Assembly (NCBI GenBank): GCA_036311245.1
Contig: JAXJQH010000122.1
Span: forward strand, 1 to 52,634
Direction: 5' to 3'
Length of the DNA stretch: 52,634 nucleotides
DNA from: Oscillospiraceae bacterium
Lineage (GTDB): Bacteria > Bacillota > Clostridia > Oscillospirales > Ruminococcaceae
The notes beneath the pieces are model-generated. The model was not told where the DNA came from. It was given only the letters and a program-made list of their open reading frames with translations, and ran no database searches. The translations under genes were made by a program, and so were the position numbers. How positions within the stretch are numbered: position 1 is the stretch's first letter; the number at the start of each line of letters is the position of its first letter. Positions 9,123-18,621 of the stretch are shown here, one piece after another.

Positions 9123-9445
9123 AACACATTTCCAAGCAAAAGAGCGAGTTCATAAGCGCTTTTTTCCGACGAAAGAATATTTATACCCTTGTTTTTCGCA
9201 GCCGCCTCTGCGTCCTCATCGAGCATTACCGACTCAGCGAGAATAACGCAGGATACATCAGAAAGCGATGCGACCGCGATAACATTGATATTTGACATTA
9301 TGGTGACCCAGACATTGCCGCTTTGAGCCTTGCCCATCACCCAGCTAAGCAGGTCTCCGCAGTAGACGCCCTCTATTTCCCTATCCCCATCGGGCAGGAT
9401 AAGGGGTTTAAGCTCTGTTTTTTCACACAGACCCTTTACCGTCAT
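9119..9445 (-). CDS. DRTGG domain protein
   Basis: Start taken at ATG 9445 (MTVKGLCEKT...). Contains DGDREIEGVYCGDLLS. The longer track ORF (to 9532) would overlap the upstream gene by 110 nt; this start leaves a 23-nt overlap. Confidence 0.7.
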   Translation of the reverse strand: MTVKGLCEKTELKPLILPDGDREIEGVYCGDLLSWVMGKAQSGNVWVTIMSNINVIAVASLSDVSCVILAESVMLDEDAEAAAKNKGINILSSEKSAYELALLLGNVL

Positions 9446-10715
9446 CTGTTTCACCGACCTTGTTTTTATTTCTGTATTGTAAAATAGGACATTCTTCGAT
9501 TTTGGCGCAGTTTTTAACCACATCCACAGCAAACGCGCGGCAATTTGGAGCGCCGCAGCTTCCGCAGTCTATCCCAGGCAGCTGCTCTTTGAGCTTTCCT
9601 ATTTCCGCCATCATTCTTATAGACTCCGCCATATTATCGCTGAGCTTTGAGATGGGCTGGTAGGCGGGGAGATTTTCAAACAGAAATTTCTCGTCCACGC
9701 TATCCTTTTTATCCTCGGGCAGAAAATTTTGCGAAACGGGCAGATACCTCTTAAGTCCTCTGAGTCTTGCCTTGGCAATGAACGGGTTTTGCACCGTCAT
9801 AACCCCGCCGACGCAGCCGCCGGTGCAGGCATTGAGCTCAACAAACTCAAGGTCGGGAATACTTTCGTGCTCTATCTGGTCAAGAACACGGATAACATTG
9901 TCAATACCATCAGCCGCGAGGTAGCTCTCATTAAAGATAGCCGTTGCCTCGCCGCCGCTTGTTGCCCAGCCTATTCCTATTACCCCTGAGCTACTGAGAG
10001 GCGGAAGGTTACAAGAATTTTTCATAGCTCCAAGCAGCGAAAAGTAAATATCGCTGATGGACACCACCACATCGACCTCGCTTTTGTAATCAGCAAACCC
10101 GTTATTAACATAGCTTGCCTTTGCGGGGCAGGGTGAAATAAAAAACACACCTATATCAGAAGCTTTAAGCTCACTATGCTCCCGAAGCGCCTTTTCTCTT
10201 GCAAGGCGCGCCGCAACCTCCATAGGAGGGAGCATATGTATGATGTTTTCCGAAAGGGTTGGAAATCTCAGACCGATAAGCCTTAAAACAACGGGGCAAG
10301 CCGAGCTTATGGCGGGTTTTTTTACATTGTTTTCCTTAAGGTAATTCCTTGTATAGGCAGAAACAAGCTCTGCCGCCGCAGAAACCTCAAAAACATCATC
10401 AAACCCGAGCTTTAAAAGCCCGTCCAGCACATAGTCAACATCATCAAGATTCTCAAACTGCCCATAAAGCGTTGGAGCAGGCAGCGCAATATTATATTTA
10501 AACCGCTCCATTTCGGAAAGACTTGCACATTTTGCCTTTTTTGCCTTATTGGGGCAAACGCGGATACACTCACCGCAGTCGATACATCTGTCCTGATTTA
10601 TAACGGCGTGATTATCCCTGATTCTGATTGCCTCTGTCGGACAGCGGCGCAAGCAGGTTGTGCAGCCGTTACACTTACTCACATCGAGATAAACCGAATG
10701 TTTATACGTGTTCAT
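9423..10715 (-). CDS. [FeFe]-hydrogenase-like protein with variant H-cluster motifs (putative sensory HydS-type)
   Basis: 430 aa. N-terminal 2x[4Fe-4S] (CNGCTTCLRRCP, CIDCGECIRVCP). H-domain motifs are SSACPV, SPCPAK and ELNACTGGCVGG. C-terminal CGSCGAPNCRAF Fe-S motif. Confidence 0.8.
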   Translation of the reverse strand: MNTYKHSVYLDVSKCNGCTTCLRRCPTEAIRIRDNHAVINQDRCIDCGECIRVCPNKAKKAKCASLSEMERFKYNIALPAPTLYGQFENLDDVDYVLDGLLKLGFDDVFEVSAAAELVSAYTRNYLKENNVKKPAISSACPVVLRLIGLRFPTLSENIIHMLPPMEVAARLAREKALREHSELKASDIGVFFISPCPAKASYVNNGFADYKSEVDVVVSISDIYFSLLGAMKNSCNLPPLSSSGVIGIGWATSGGEATAIFNESYLAADGIDNVIRVLDQIEHESIPDLEFVELNACTGGCVGGVMTVQNPFIAKARLRGLKRYLPVSQNFLPEDKKDSVDEKFLFENLPAYQPISKLSDNMAESIRMMAEIGKLKEQLPGIDCGSCGAPNCRAFAVDVVKNCAKIEECPILQYRNKNKVGETDDGKGSV

Positions 10716-10739
10716 AAAACTATACCTGCCGAAAATTAA

Positions 10740-11165
10740 TTATTTAATATCGACCCTCATTGTTATGTCGGTACCTTTTCCGACCTCGGATTTTATCTCC
10801 ATAAAGTCGGAGTATCGCTTCATATTGGGCAGACCCATTCCCGCGCCAAATCCAAGCGAACGGACATTGTCGGTTGCAGTAGAGTAACCCTCCTGCATCG
10901 CCTTTTCAATATCCTTTATGCCCGGACCGTGGTCAACAAGCCTTATGGTAACGCTCTCCTCACTGACGGAAACGATAGCCTCGCCGCCGCCCGCGTGAAT
11001 GACCATATTTATCTCGCCCTCATACATAGCAATGGAAACGCGGCGAATTATCTCGGGCGAAAGCCCCAGCTGCCGCAGATTTTTCTTAACACTGACTGAT
11101 GCCTGACCTGCCGATGTAAAGTCAGACCCATCTACCGAAAACTTAAATGTTAAAAGCTCAGCCAT
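10740..11165 (-). CDS. RsbW/SpoIIAB-like GHKL ATPase (anti-sigma-factor-type serine kinase fold)
   Basis: Start at ATG 11165 (MAELLTFKFSV...). Contains EGEINMVIHA, VDHGPGI and GFGAGMGLPNM. It overlaps the upstream DRTGG gene by 8 nt. Confidence 0.7.
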   Translation of the reverse strand: MAELLTFKFSVDGSDFTSAGQASVSVKKNLRQLGLSPEIIRRVSIAMYEGEINMVIHAGGGEAIVSVSEESVTIRLVDHGPGIKDIEKAMQEGYSTATDNVRSLGFGAGMGLPNMKRYSDFMEIKSEVGKGTDITMRVDIK

Positions 11166-11511
11166 TTTTAGCTGTTGCTCCAAGTCCGCTGCTGTATAGA
11201 ATACCGCAGGCCTCATACATTCTTCTCTCGGTCGCCATAAGAACAATTCCGCTCTCACGGGCAAGAGAAATCATTTCGGGGGTGGGCTGCTTACTGCGGA
11301 CAAACACTATGCAAACCATATCCATCATCTCGGCTGTGCGAACAACCTGAGAGTTGACAAGACCGGTAAGCAGCACCGCCTGGTCCTTGACATAAGCGAG
11401 CACATCGCTCATCATATCACTTCCGCAGGCAGAGTAAACGTGTTTTCCTAAGTGCTCCTCATTGCAGATAACATCGGCATTCAATAGGTCTTTAATAGTA
11501 CTGATTTTCAT
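11158..11511 (-). CDS. DRTGG domain protein
   Basis: 117 aa with a SDMMSDVLAY...LLTGL pattern, paralogous in position to 9119..9445. Confidence 0.65.
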   Translation of the reverse strand: MKISTIKDLLNADVICNEEHLGKHVYSACGSDMMSDVLAYVKDQAVLLTGLVNSQVVRTAEMMDMVCIVFVRSKQPTPEMISLARESGIVLMATERRMYEACGILYSSGLGATAKNG

Positions 11512-11542
11512 ACAGATACTGTCCTTTTCTTAAAATACAAAA

Positions 11543-12040
11543 TCAGTCGTTGTATTTTGCGAGAATGTCGTCAACATCGTCAGCAGTCAGTCTTCCGTAA
11601 ACCTCATCGTTAACGGTGAGAACGGGAGCAAGACCGCAAGCGCCGATGCAGCGGCAAGCCTCAAGAGAAAACTTAGCGTCAGCAGTGCATTCGCCGCCTG
11701 CGATGCCGAGCTTCTCGGAAAGTTTATCAAAAATATCGCCCGCACCCTTAACATAGCAGGCAGTTCCGAGGCATACCGAAATCCTATACTTACCCTTGGG
11801 GTTAAGAGCGAACTGTGCATAGAAAGTTGCAACTCCGTAAACCTCTTCGAGCGGAATGTTCAGACCCTCAGCTATCATCTCTTGAACTTCGATAGGCAGG
11901 TAGCCATAAATATCCTGTGCTTTTTGCATAACAGGCATAAGGCAACCTCTTTGGTCCTTTAGTTCACAGATGATTTGCTTAAGCTGTGCTTCCTGCTCAG
12001 CAGTTCCCGAAAAAGGAACCTTACAAATCGTGTTTGCCAT
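11543..12040 (-). CDS. hydC: [2Fe-2S] subunit HydC (NuoE-like)
   Basis: 165 aa with Cys motifs CLGTACYVKG and CRCIGACGLAP. First gene of the operon. Confidence 0.9.
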   Translation of the reverse strand: MANTICKVPFSGTAEQEAQLKQIICELKDQRGCLMPVMQKAQDIYGYLPIEVQEMIAEGLNIPLEEVYGVATFYAQFALNPKGKYRISVCLGTACYVKGAGDIFDKLSEKLGIAGGECTADAKFSLEACRCIGACGLAPVLTVNDEVYGRLTADDVDDILAKYND

Positions 12041-12196
12041 TATTCATACCTCCATAGTTGTAACTGGACATAACGTCACAGATACATTATAACAGATAGT
12101 TTTGAAAAAATAAATATCTAAAAAGTGGTTTTTTGATATTTTTTTCACATTTTACAGAAAATTTTCCGAATTTTTTTCTTTTAAAGCTCTCGGCAA

Positions 12197-12229
12197 CAAA
12201 AATTCCCCTCACAAAGAGGGGAATTTTTG
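12197..12229 (-). terminator. intrinsic terminator after the ABC/GldG/DUF4340 operon
   Basis: AATTCCCCTC-ACAAA-GAGGGGAATT flanked by A/T runs, 15 nt downstream of the stop at 12244. Confidence 0.8.
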
Positions 12230-12243
12230 TGATTTTTTCGTCT

Positions 12244-13740
12244 TTAATAATCGCTGGGGACATCTCTTCCGGCCACAAATTCATTAAGGCCGAAAATAAG
12301 TGTGTCGACATACTTGGAGCGAACAAGCGCAAGGTCGCTGTCATTTAAACGAATAAGATACTTTCTCGTTTCGACCTTTACATATTCGAGGACATCCACC
12401 TTTTCGCGCTCGCGATAGGTGTATGTTATCTTAAGGTCGGCATCTCCCTTGTACTGTCCTGGCTTTACCGATTCCTCACAATACGCCAGCATAACCAGCT
12501 GATAGAGGTCGCGGTACTCGGCTGTGGACAGCTTTTTGCCATTAAGGCGCACAACAAGGTCGTCATCCTCGCCGCTGCTTTCAAAGACATACTTTTTACC
12601 CTCTGTTTCAAAGGCGAGGGTGTCTATCTCATCAATAACAACATTAACGACAATGGAACTCATATATGTGACAAGATCCTCTTTGAAAAAGCTAAAATCC
12701 GCCGCATCGACAATAAATATCGGCTCTCTCTGGTTGGAAACTGCATAGTAGCACTCCTTTTCGTCTACAGTTACAGTATTGCCGAGCTTTATAATAAGGT
12801 CTCCCTTTGTCGACTCGACTTTAATGGTAACATAGGGGTCGGAAAGACCGCACTGACTAAGCTGCGCAGCAGTGGGATTTAGGCTGTATATATCCTTAGC
12901 ATAAACACCGTAATAAGCATTCTGCAAGCCAAGATAGCTATCATTCGAGGTGTCAACCTTCATAGGAGAGGTGAAAATATATTGAGCAGGAGACAGCTTA
13001 CCTGTGGTATCTTCCCCATTTTCAACCGCCTCAGTGTAGGTAACATACTCGGGGTTTTGCTCAATAATGATAGGATTTTCAAGCCCTTTTCCGACAAAGC
13101 TGAGCTTTTTGACTGTGGGGTACTGCTTATTTCCATCTTCATCGGTAGTTACAGTATCTGTAAGCGAGAGATCGAGATATGCCGAGCTTTTAAGCTCAAA
13201 GGGCTGTACCCAATAGTATTCGACCATATAAACCTTGTCATTTTGTTTTAAATAAACATAGGAGTAACCCGAGGAGTTTGTGCTGCCCATCTGGAAAGAG
13301 AGCTTTTCTCCTGTGCTGTAAGTTACAGTGGCGGATATGCCCTCATCGGTAATACCGTAAACCGAAAGGTCCTCAGGGTTTTCCGCTATTTCCTTGGTTG
13401 CCGCAAATTCAATACAGCTTTCCATAAGGGTATCAAGCGCTTTGGAGTTAAGAGGAAATTTTTCCGCCCCTTTAAGCGCCCAGGTTTCCTCTTTTACATA
13501 GTTCAGAGTGAATCCACCCGTAGCATTCTGCACGGTTATATCGCGAACCTGCTCCTTTTCAAAATCAAATACCTTAAGATATCCGTAAAAATCAGTTTCA
13601 ACGCTGGCAGTTTCGGACGATGACCCTAAGGAGTTTCCCTTTTCGCTCTGCTCAGGCAGGTTTAAAACCACAACCAGCGCCGCGACAAGAACAAGCAGCG
13701 CCGCTGCCGCAGCAATAATAACCCTTATTCGTTTACTCAT
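12244..13740 (-). CDS. DUF4340 domain protein (single N-terminal TM helix)
   Basis: Start at ATG 13740 (MSKRIRVIIAAAAALLVLV...), forming an ATGA overlap with the upstream stop. Large extracytoplasmic beta-rich region. Typical partner of GldG-like genes. Confidence 0.65.
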   Translation of the reverse strand: MSKRIRVIIAAAAALLVLVAALVVVLNLPEQSEKGNSLGSSSETASVETDFYGYLKVFDFEKEQVRDITVQNATGGFTLNYVKEETWALKGAEKFPLNSKALDTLMESCIEFAATKEIAENPEDLSVYGITDEGISATVTYSTGEKLSFQMGSTNSSGYSYVYLKQNDKVYMVEYYWVQPFELKSSAYLDLSLTDTVTTDEDGNKQYPTVKKLSFVGKGLENPIIIEQNPEYVTYTEAVENGEDTTGKLSPAQYIFTSPMKVDTSNDSYLGLQNAYYGVYAKDIYSLNPTAAQLSQCGLSDPYVTIKVESTKGDLIIKLGNTVTVDEKECYYAVSNQREPIFIVDAADFSFFKEDLVTYMSSIVVNVVIDEIDTLAFETEGKKYVFESSGEDDDLVVRLNGKKLSTAEYRDLYQLVMLAYCEESVKPGQYKGDADLKITYTYREREKVDVLEYVKVETRKYLIRLNDSDLALVRSKYVDTLIFGLNEFVAGRDVPSDY

Positions 13741-15344
13741 AAGAACCTCCTGCGGATATATACCACGATGCAAAGTATAAGCAGCAGAACGGGAACAACA
13801 ACAGTTGCAATAATTCCGATAGTATTTGCCATATTATAGGTTATGCCCAGAGCAGCTGCGGTAAGGCTCTTTGAGGGAATAGCCAGGGTGTTGCCTCTGC
13901 CGAGAGTTGAATCAACGGCAGCAATGGTAATATCGGGGTTTGCGGAATATGCCTTTTCAAACTGCTCATCCTCAAAAAATCCAAGCGAGTTTACATAAAG
14001 CAGGTTGGATTCCAAAACATCCAAATCCTGACTGTACCTTGAATAGGTGGTGCGGGCCATTGCAACATAAGGATATGCCTCGCCATCTCCCTTATCAAAG
14101 CCGTTTTCGGTAGCCTTTCCTACCTTAGAGGTTTCGGTGTGCTGAAGGATTATGCTGTTTTCCATATAAGTGTCAAGAACCTTGGCAATAGTGGTAGGTC
14201 TGCCGTAGTATCCGTATGCAGAAACCTCTGACATGGCGAAGCCAAGGGTCAGCTCAGCGTCAATAAAATCAAGATGGTTGAGAGCGGGGTTGCTTGCATA
14301 TGCAATAGACTCATCGCTCTCGTAAACAACGCCCTCAGAAACAACGATACCCCAGTCATGAAGGAAAGCCTCGACATTGGGGAGAACGGGCTGGGTGTAA
14401 TCGGCAATATACATAACATTCTTGCCGTATTTTCCGCCGTTGTAAAGGAATTCATCAAGCTTTTTAAGGTCCCCTTCAGAATAATCCTTTGTGGGAGCAG
14501 CTATAACAAGCAGGTTGCTGTTATAATCGAGCTCCTTGAGGATACTTTGAGAATTAACAGCGTAGCCGTTATTTTCAAGAAGATTGGTAAGCTTTTCGGG
14601 CATCTGCTCACCGTGACCTGTAATAACGGTGGCAACGGGGTCGTCAGACGCGGTTACAACCATAATAGCGGTTGAAAGAGCATACTCAGCAGTCAGGCTA
14701 TAGTTGACTTCACTGTTGCCATTCTCACTGGTTGAACCGCTTGTAGACTCATCCTGCTGGGTGTAAATAAAGTCACTCGTCGACAGCTGGCGGTAACGCT
14801 CGCCGCAAACAACAAGAGCATCGCCTAACGCAAGCTCAATGTTATCATAATCGGCGGCAAAGCCTGGGTTCTTGTCAATATCCACATATGATATCTTGAG
14901 ATGGGGGGTATACATCTTGTATTTCTCAGCAAGGGTAATAACCTTGTAATAGTATTCGTCAGAAACCAAATCTGTCTTCTCACCGATGAAAATAATTTCT
15001 ATCTCATATTTCTCAAGGGTTTTAAGATAGTCAATAGACTGCTCCGACAGCTCATAATACTGCTTGTCGGTGGTGTCGATACTGGCGGTAGGGATTCTTG
15101 CCGCAACAAGCTCTATAACGATATTGCAGATTATGACCGCCGCAATAACAATGGCAGTGAAAACGACCGAAAGCGAGCCGTACTTTAAGCGTTTTTTAAG
15201 CTCGGCGCCTGTAAGCCCCGTCTTTTTACTCACGCGCTCTTTTTTGAATTTTTCTTCTTTTTTATTGGAAGAAGAAACATTTTCGGTAGCTTCTGTATTA
15301 TTAGCTTCATCGAGAATTTCGGTTTTTTTCTTAAACAAACTCAT
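13737..15344 (-). CDS. GldG-like ABC-transporter auxiliary protein
   Basis: 535 aa with one N-terminal and one C-terminal TM helix around a large external domain. Call rests on its position after the ABC-2 permease. Confidence 0.6.
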   Translation of the reverse strand: MSLFKKKTEILDEANNTEATENVSSSNKKEEKFKKERVSKKTGLTGAELKKRLKYGSLSVVFTAIVIAAVIICNIVIELVAARIPTASIDTTDKQYYELSEQSIDYLKTLEKYEIEIIFIGEKTDLVSDEYYYKVITLAEKYKMYTPHLKISYVDIDKNPGFAADYDNIELALGDALVVCGERYRQLSTSDFIYTQQDESTSGSTSENGNSEVNYSLTAEYALSTAIMVVTASDDPVATVITGHGEQMPEKLTNLLENNGYAVNSQSILKELDYNSNLLVIAAPTKDYSEGDLKKLDEFLYNGGKYGKNVMYIADYTQPVLPNVEAFLHDWGIVVSEGVVYESDESIAYASNPALNHLDFIDAELTLGFAMSEVSAYGYYGRPTTIAKVLDTYMENSIILQHTETSKVGKATENGFDKGDGEAYPYVAMARTTYSRYSQDLDVLESNLLYVNSLGFFEDEQFEKAYSANPDITIAAVDSTLGRGNTLAIPSKSLTAAALGITYNMANTIGIIATVVVPVLLLILCIVVYIRRRFL

Positions 15345-15362
15345 TATTTCTTCCTCCTTTCA

Positions 15363-16067
15363 TTAGCTCCAGCGGCGTTTTTCCATTACCCGCGTTGTAA
15401 GGAACAGGCAGATAACTGTAAAGCTTAAAAAATACAATACATTTGAAAGCGACACTATTCCCGCAACAAAGGAATTATATCTCGACTGGAAAGAAATCGA
15501 ATAGAGCAGGCTTGAGATAAACGCAGATGGAATAAGGTTTGTAAACGCATCAAACATCAGCAGGAAAAACATAACTGCATAGCTGACGATAGCTGCAACA
15601 AGCTGATTTTCGGTGATTGAGGAAATAAACAGACCTACCGCAATCAGCGCCGCACCCATAAGCAGCAGTCCTAAATAGTTGCCGAGAATGTAGCCCCATG
15701 TAGGTTGGGCAATAAACGCAAGCACTACCGAATAAACAAGCGTTACCGAAATACCGATAATATAAAGAAGCAGCGCCGCAAAGAACTTTGCAAGAACTAT
15801 TCCCGCAAGGGAAACCGGCGCTGTAAGCAGCGCTTGGTCGGTTTTCTGGCGGCGTTCCTCACTAAGTAGCCTCATAGTAAGAATAGGCATCGCCGAAAGC
15901 ACGACAAGGGTAAAGCCGCTGAAAACAAAGGTCATATCAACAGTGTCGCTGTAAAGGGTGCCGAACCAGAAATAAATTCCGCTGAAAAGGTTGATGATAA
16001 TAAGAATTACATATCCGAGCGGAGTGGTGAAAAAGCTTTTGAATTCTCTTTTGAAAATAGCTGACAT
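15363..16067 (-). CDS. ABC-2 family transporter permease
   Basis: 234 aa with about 6 predicted hydrophobic helices. Its start abuts the ATPase stop. Confidence 0.8.
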   Translation of the reverse strand: MSAIFKREFKSFFTTPLGYVILIIINLFSGIYFWFGTLYSDTVDMTFVFSGFTLVVLSAMPILTMRLLSEERRQKTDQALLTAPVSLAGIVLAKFFAALLLYIIGISVTLVYSVVLAFIAQPTWGYILGNYLGLLLMGAALIAVGLFISSITENQLVAAIVSYAVMFFLLMFDAFTNLIPSAFISSLLYSISFQSRYNSFVAGIVSLSNVLYFLSFTVICLFLTTRVMEKRRWS

Positions 16068-17026
16068 TATCTTTTTCCTCCCTTGCCCGAAGTCTTATTA
16101 ACAAGTCCTATAAATATTTCTTCCAAGGTTGCCTCTTGCGCTCTTATCGTAAGAAGACTCCAGCCGCGCTCTAAAACGCGCTTTGCAATTTCATTTCGCA
16201 GGTCAACCCCGTCCTCCGTGCGAACAATAAAGTCAAACGAGCCCTTTTCCTTGCAACCCGAGGTTTCGACCTTTTCTGCACCGGGGATTTTGCTGAGCAT
16301 ACGGTATGCAGCCGCCTCATCAGAGGTGCCGATACGCACACTGAGGTTTTTAAGAGAGCCGAACTGGTTAGTGAGCTCCTGAGCCGAGCTGTCGGCAACA
16401 ATTTTTCCGTTGTTAATAATGATAATTCTATCGCAGACCGCCTGAACCTCAGAAAGAATGTGGGATGAGAGGATAACGGTGTGACTCTCGCCCAGACGCT
16501 TTATAAGTGTACGGATTTCAATTATCTGCTTGGGGTCAAGGCCTACGGTAGGCTCGTCAAGAATAAGTACAGGCGGGTTACCGATAAGAGCCTGAGCGAT
16601 ACCGACTCTCTGCTTGTATCCCTTTGAAAGGTTGCTGATAACGCGGTTTGCGACATTATCAATGCGAACCAGACGGCATATTGACTCAATATGCTCATTT
16701 CTCGGCAATTTTACCTTTTTAAGGTCATATATAAAATTGAGATATTCCGTAACCGTCATCTGATGATAGAGCGGCGGCTGCTCGGGCAGGTATCCTATCT
16801 GCTTTTTAACCTCAAAGGGTTCTTCAAGAATATCCTTGCCTCCGATTTTAGCCTCTCCCTCACTTGCGGAAAGATATCCCGTGAGAATATTCATAGTGGT
16901 AGTCTTTCCCGCTCCGTTAGGTCCAAGAAAGCCAACTATTTCTCCCTCTTTTATTTCAAAGGAAATATCGTCTACCGCCTTGCTGTGGCCATACCTTTTG
17001 GTAAGGTTCTTAACCTCGATGGTCAT
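16067..17026 (-). CDS. ABC transporter ATP-binding protein
   Basis: Walker A GPNGAGKTT, signature LSKGYKQR, Walker B VLILDEP. Confidence 0.93.
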   Translation of the reverse strand: MTIEVKNLTKRYGHSKAVDDISFEIKEGEIVGFLGPNGAGKTTTMNILTGYLSASEGEAKIGGKDILEEPFEVKKQIGYLPEQPPLYHQMTVTEYLNFIYDLKKVKLPRNEHIESICRLVRIDNVANRVISNLSKGYKQRVGIAQALIGNPPVLILDEPTVGLDPKQIIEIRTLIKRLGESHTVILSSHILSEVQAVCDRIIIINNGKIVADSSAQELTNQFGSLKNLSVRIGTSDEAAAYRMLSKIPGAEKVETSGCKEKGSFDFIVRTEDGVDLRNEIAKRVLERGWSLLTIRAQEATLEEIFIGLVNKTSGKGGKR

Positions 17027-17232
17027 TGTCTTTTCCTCCTATGTATGCGGCGGCTTCCGCCGCGCTTGTGTATAAGCTTAATAGTCTGCATACAGCAATT
17101 ATAATTCATTTCATTATACCTTCAAATACCACTGCTTGTCAAACAATTTTGCTTTTTTTAATATTTTGTTTGCAATTTAAGTAAAATGTGGTAAAATAAA
17201 TTATTATTTCATCTTTGAAAGGAAAGATTTTA

Positions 17233-18519
17233 ATGGCATTAATAAAACCCTTTAAAGCAATGCGCTTTAGCCAGAGCGCGGGAGACATAGCATCTCTTGT
17301 CTGCCCGCCCTATGATATAGTAAGTGACGCTCAGCGCGCCGCCCTGCTTTCTAAAAACGAGCACAACCTTATTAGGCTTGAGCTCCCTCGCGGAGATGAG
17401 CCTTACAAGGAGGCTGCAAAGGTAACCCGCGAGTGGCTCGATGACGGAGTTCTCTGTTGCGACGAGCAGGACGGAATTTACGTATATGAGGAAAAATTCA
17501 CTGTAAAGGGCAAGGCTTATTCCTTTAAAGGCTTTGTTTCGCTTGTTAGGCTACACGAATTTTCTGAAGGAATTGTTCTCCCGCACGAATACACCCTTTC
17601 CAAAGCAAAGCAGGACAGATTTAATTTAATGACCGAGACCGGCTGCAGCTTCAGCCAGATTTATTCTATGTATATGGACCCCGAGGGAACTGTCGGAGGT
17701 AAAATCGCTGCTCTCTCAGATAGAGAGGCAGACATTTCGTTTACCGACGGTGACGGAGTTACCCACAGTCTTTGGTGCGTTTACGACAAGGCGGATATCG
17801 AGTTTATTCAGAATGAAATGAAAGACCGCAAGGTTTATATAGCAGACGGACACCACCGCTATGAAACCGCCCTCAACTTCGCCCGCGCAAACTCCAAGGC
17901 TTTAGGCGATGACAGCGAGCGTACCAACTACTGCATGATGATTTTAGTCGATATGGAAAATGACGGGCTTGTGGTATTCCCCACCCACCGCATTATCCAT
18001 TCGCTTGAAAATTTTGATGCGGAAGAGATGCTCGGCCGCTGCAAGGATTATTTTGAGATTTGCGAAAACCTTGACTTGAGTGATATTCAGCCCCGCCTCG
18101 ACAGCGCCGCAGAAAAGGGAGAAAAAGCCTTTGCATTTTACAGCACAAACGGCACATTTACTCTGCTCACCCTCAAGGACAAATCCATTATGAAGGAGCT
18201 TTTGCCCGATATGAGTGAGGCTTCGCAAAATCTTGATGTTTCTGTTCTCCACAACCTTGTGCTTGAGCGCCTTTTCGGCATTGACAAGGAAAATATGGCA
18301 AATCAGAAAAATCTCTCCTACACCCGCGACATTGACGAGGCTATCGCCGCCGTCAACGAGGGGCGCGCAAACTGCGCATTCCTTATAAACCCCACCCTTG
18401 TTACCGAAATCCGCGATGTTGCCGCCGCAGGAGAGAAAATGCCCCAGAAATCGACATATTTCTATCCCAAAATCATTACTGGACTTGTTATGAACAAATT
18501 CGGCGAGCCAAATGCATAG
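17233..18519 (+). CDS. DUF1015 domain protein
   Basis: Start at ATG 17233 (MALIKPFKAMRF, AGGAAAG upstream). Contains the family-typical YIADGHHRYETA motif. Confidence 0.8.
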   Translation: MALIKPFKAMRFSQSAGDIASLVCPPYDIVSDAQRAALLSKNEHNLIRLELPRGDEPYKEAAKVTREWLDDGVLCCDEQDGIYVYEEKFTVKGKAYSFKGFVSLVRLHEFSEGIVLPHEYTLSKAKQDRFNLMTETGCSFSQIYSMYMDPEGTVGGKIAALSDREADISFTDGDGVTHSLWCVYDKADIEFIQNEMKDRKVYIADGHHRYETALNFARANSKALGDDSERTNYCMMILVDMENDGLVVFPTHRIIHSLENFDAEEMLGRCKDYFEICENLDLSDIQPRLDSAAEKGEKAFAFYSTNGTFTLLTLKDKSIMKELLPDMSEASQNLDVSVLHNLVLERLFGIDKENMANQKNLSYTRDIDEAIAAVNEGRANCAFLINPTLVTEIRDVAAAGEKMPQKSTYFYPKIITGLVMNKFGEPNA

Positions 18520-18547
18520 AATAAAGACCTTGCGCCAAATCATATAT

Positions 18548-18578
18548 AAAAACGCCCTCTTCAAAGAGGGCGTTTTTA
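18548..18578. terminator. bidirectional terminator between the DUF1015 and MgtC genes
   Basis: ACGCCCTCT-TCAA-AGAGGGCGT flanked by A and T runs. Confidence 0.8.
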
Positions 18579-18621
18579 TTACCAGATTATTGCAAGCTTT
18601 TGCAGCGAACAAGTGCTTTAC

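Noticed and set aside
12041-12200. Rex (redox repressor) operator in the hydrogenase operon promoter region
   Set aside because: Only a half-site-like TTCACA (near 12146) is present, without the partner TGTGAA at the right spacing. A TGtTATAAT extended -10 at 12086..12094 is plausible, but no convincing operator was seen.
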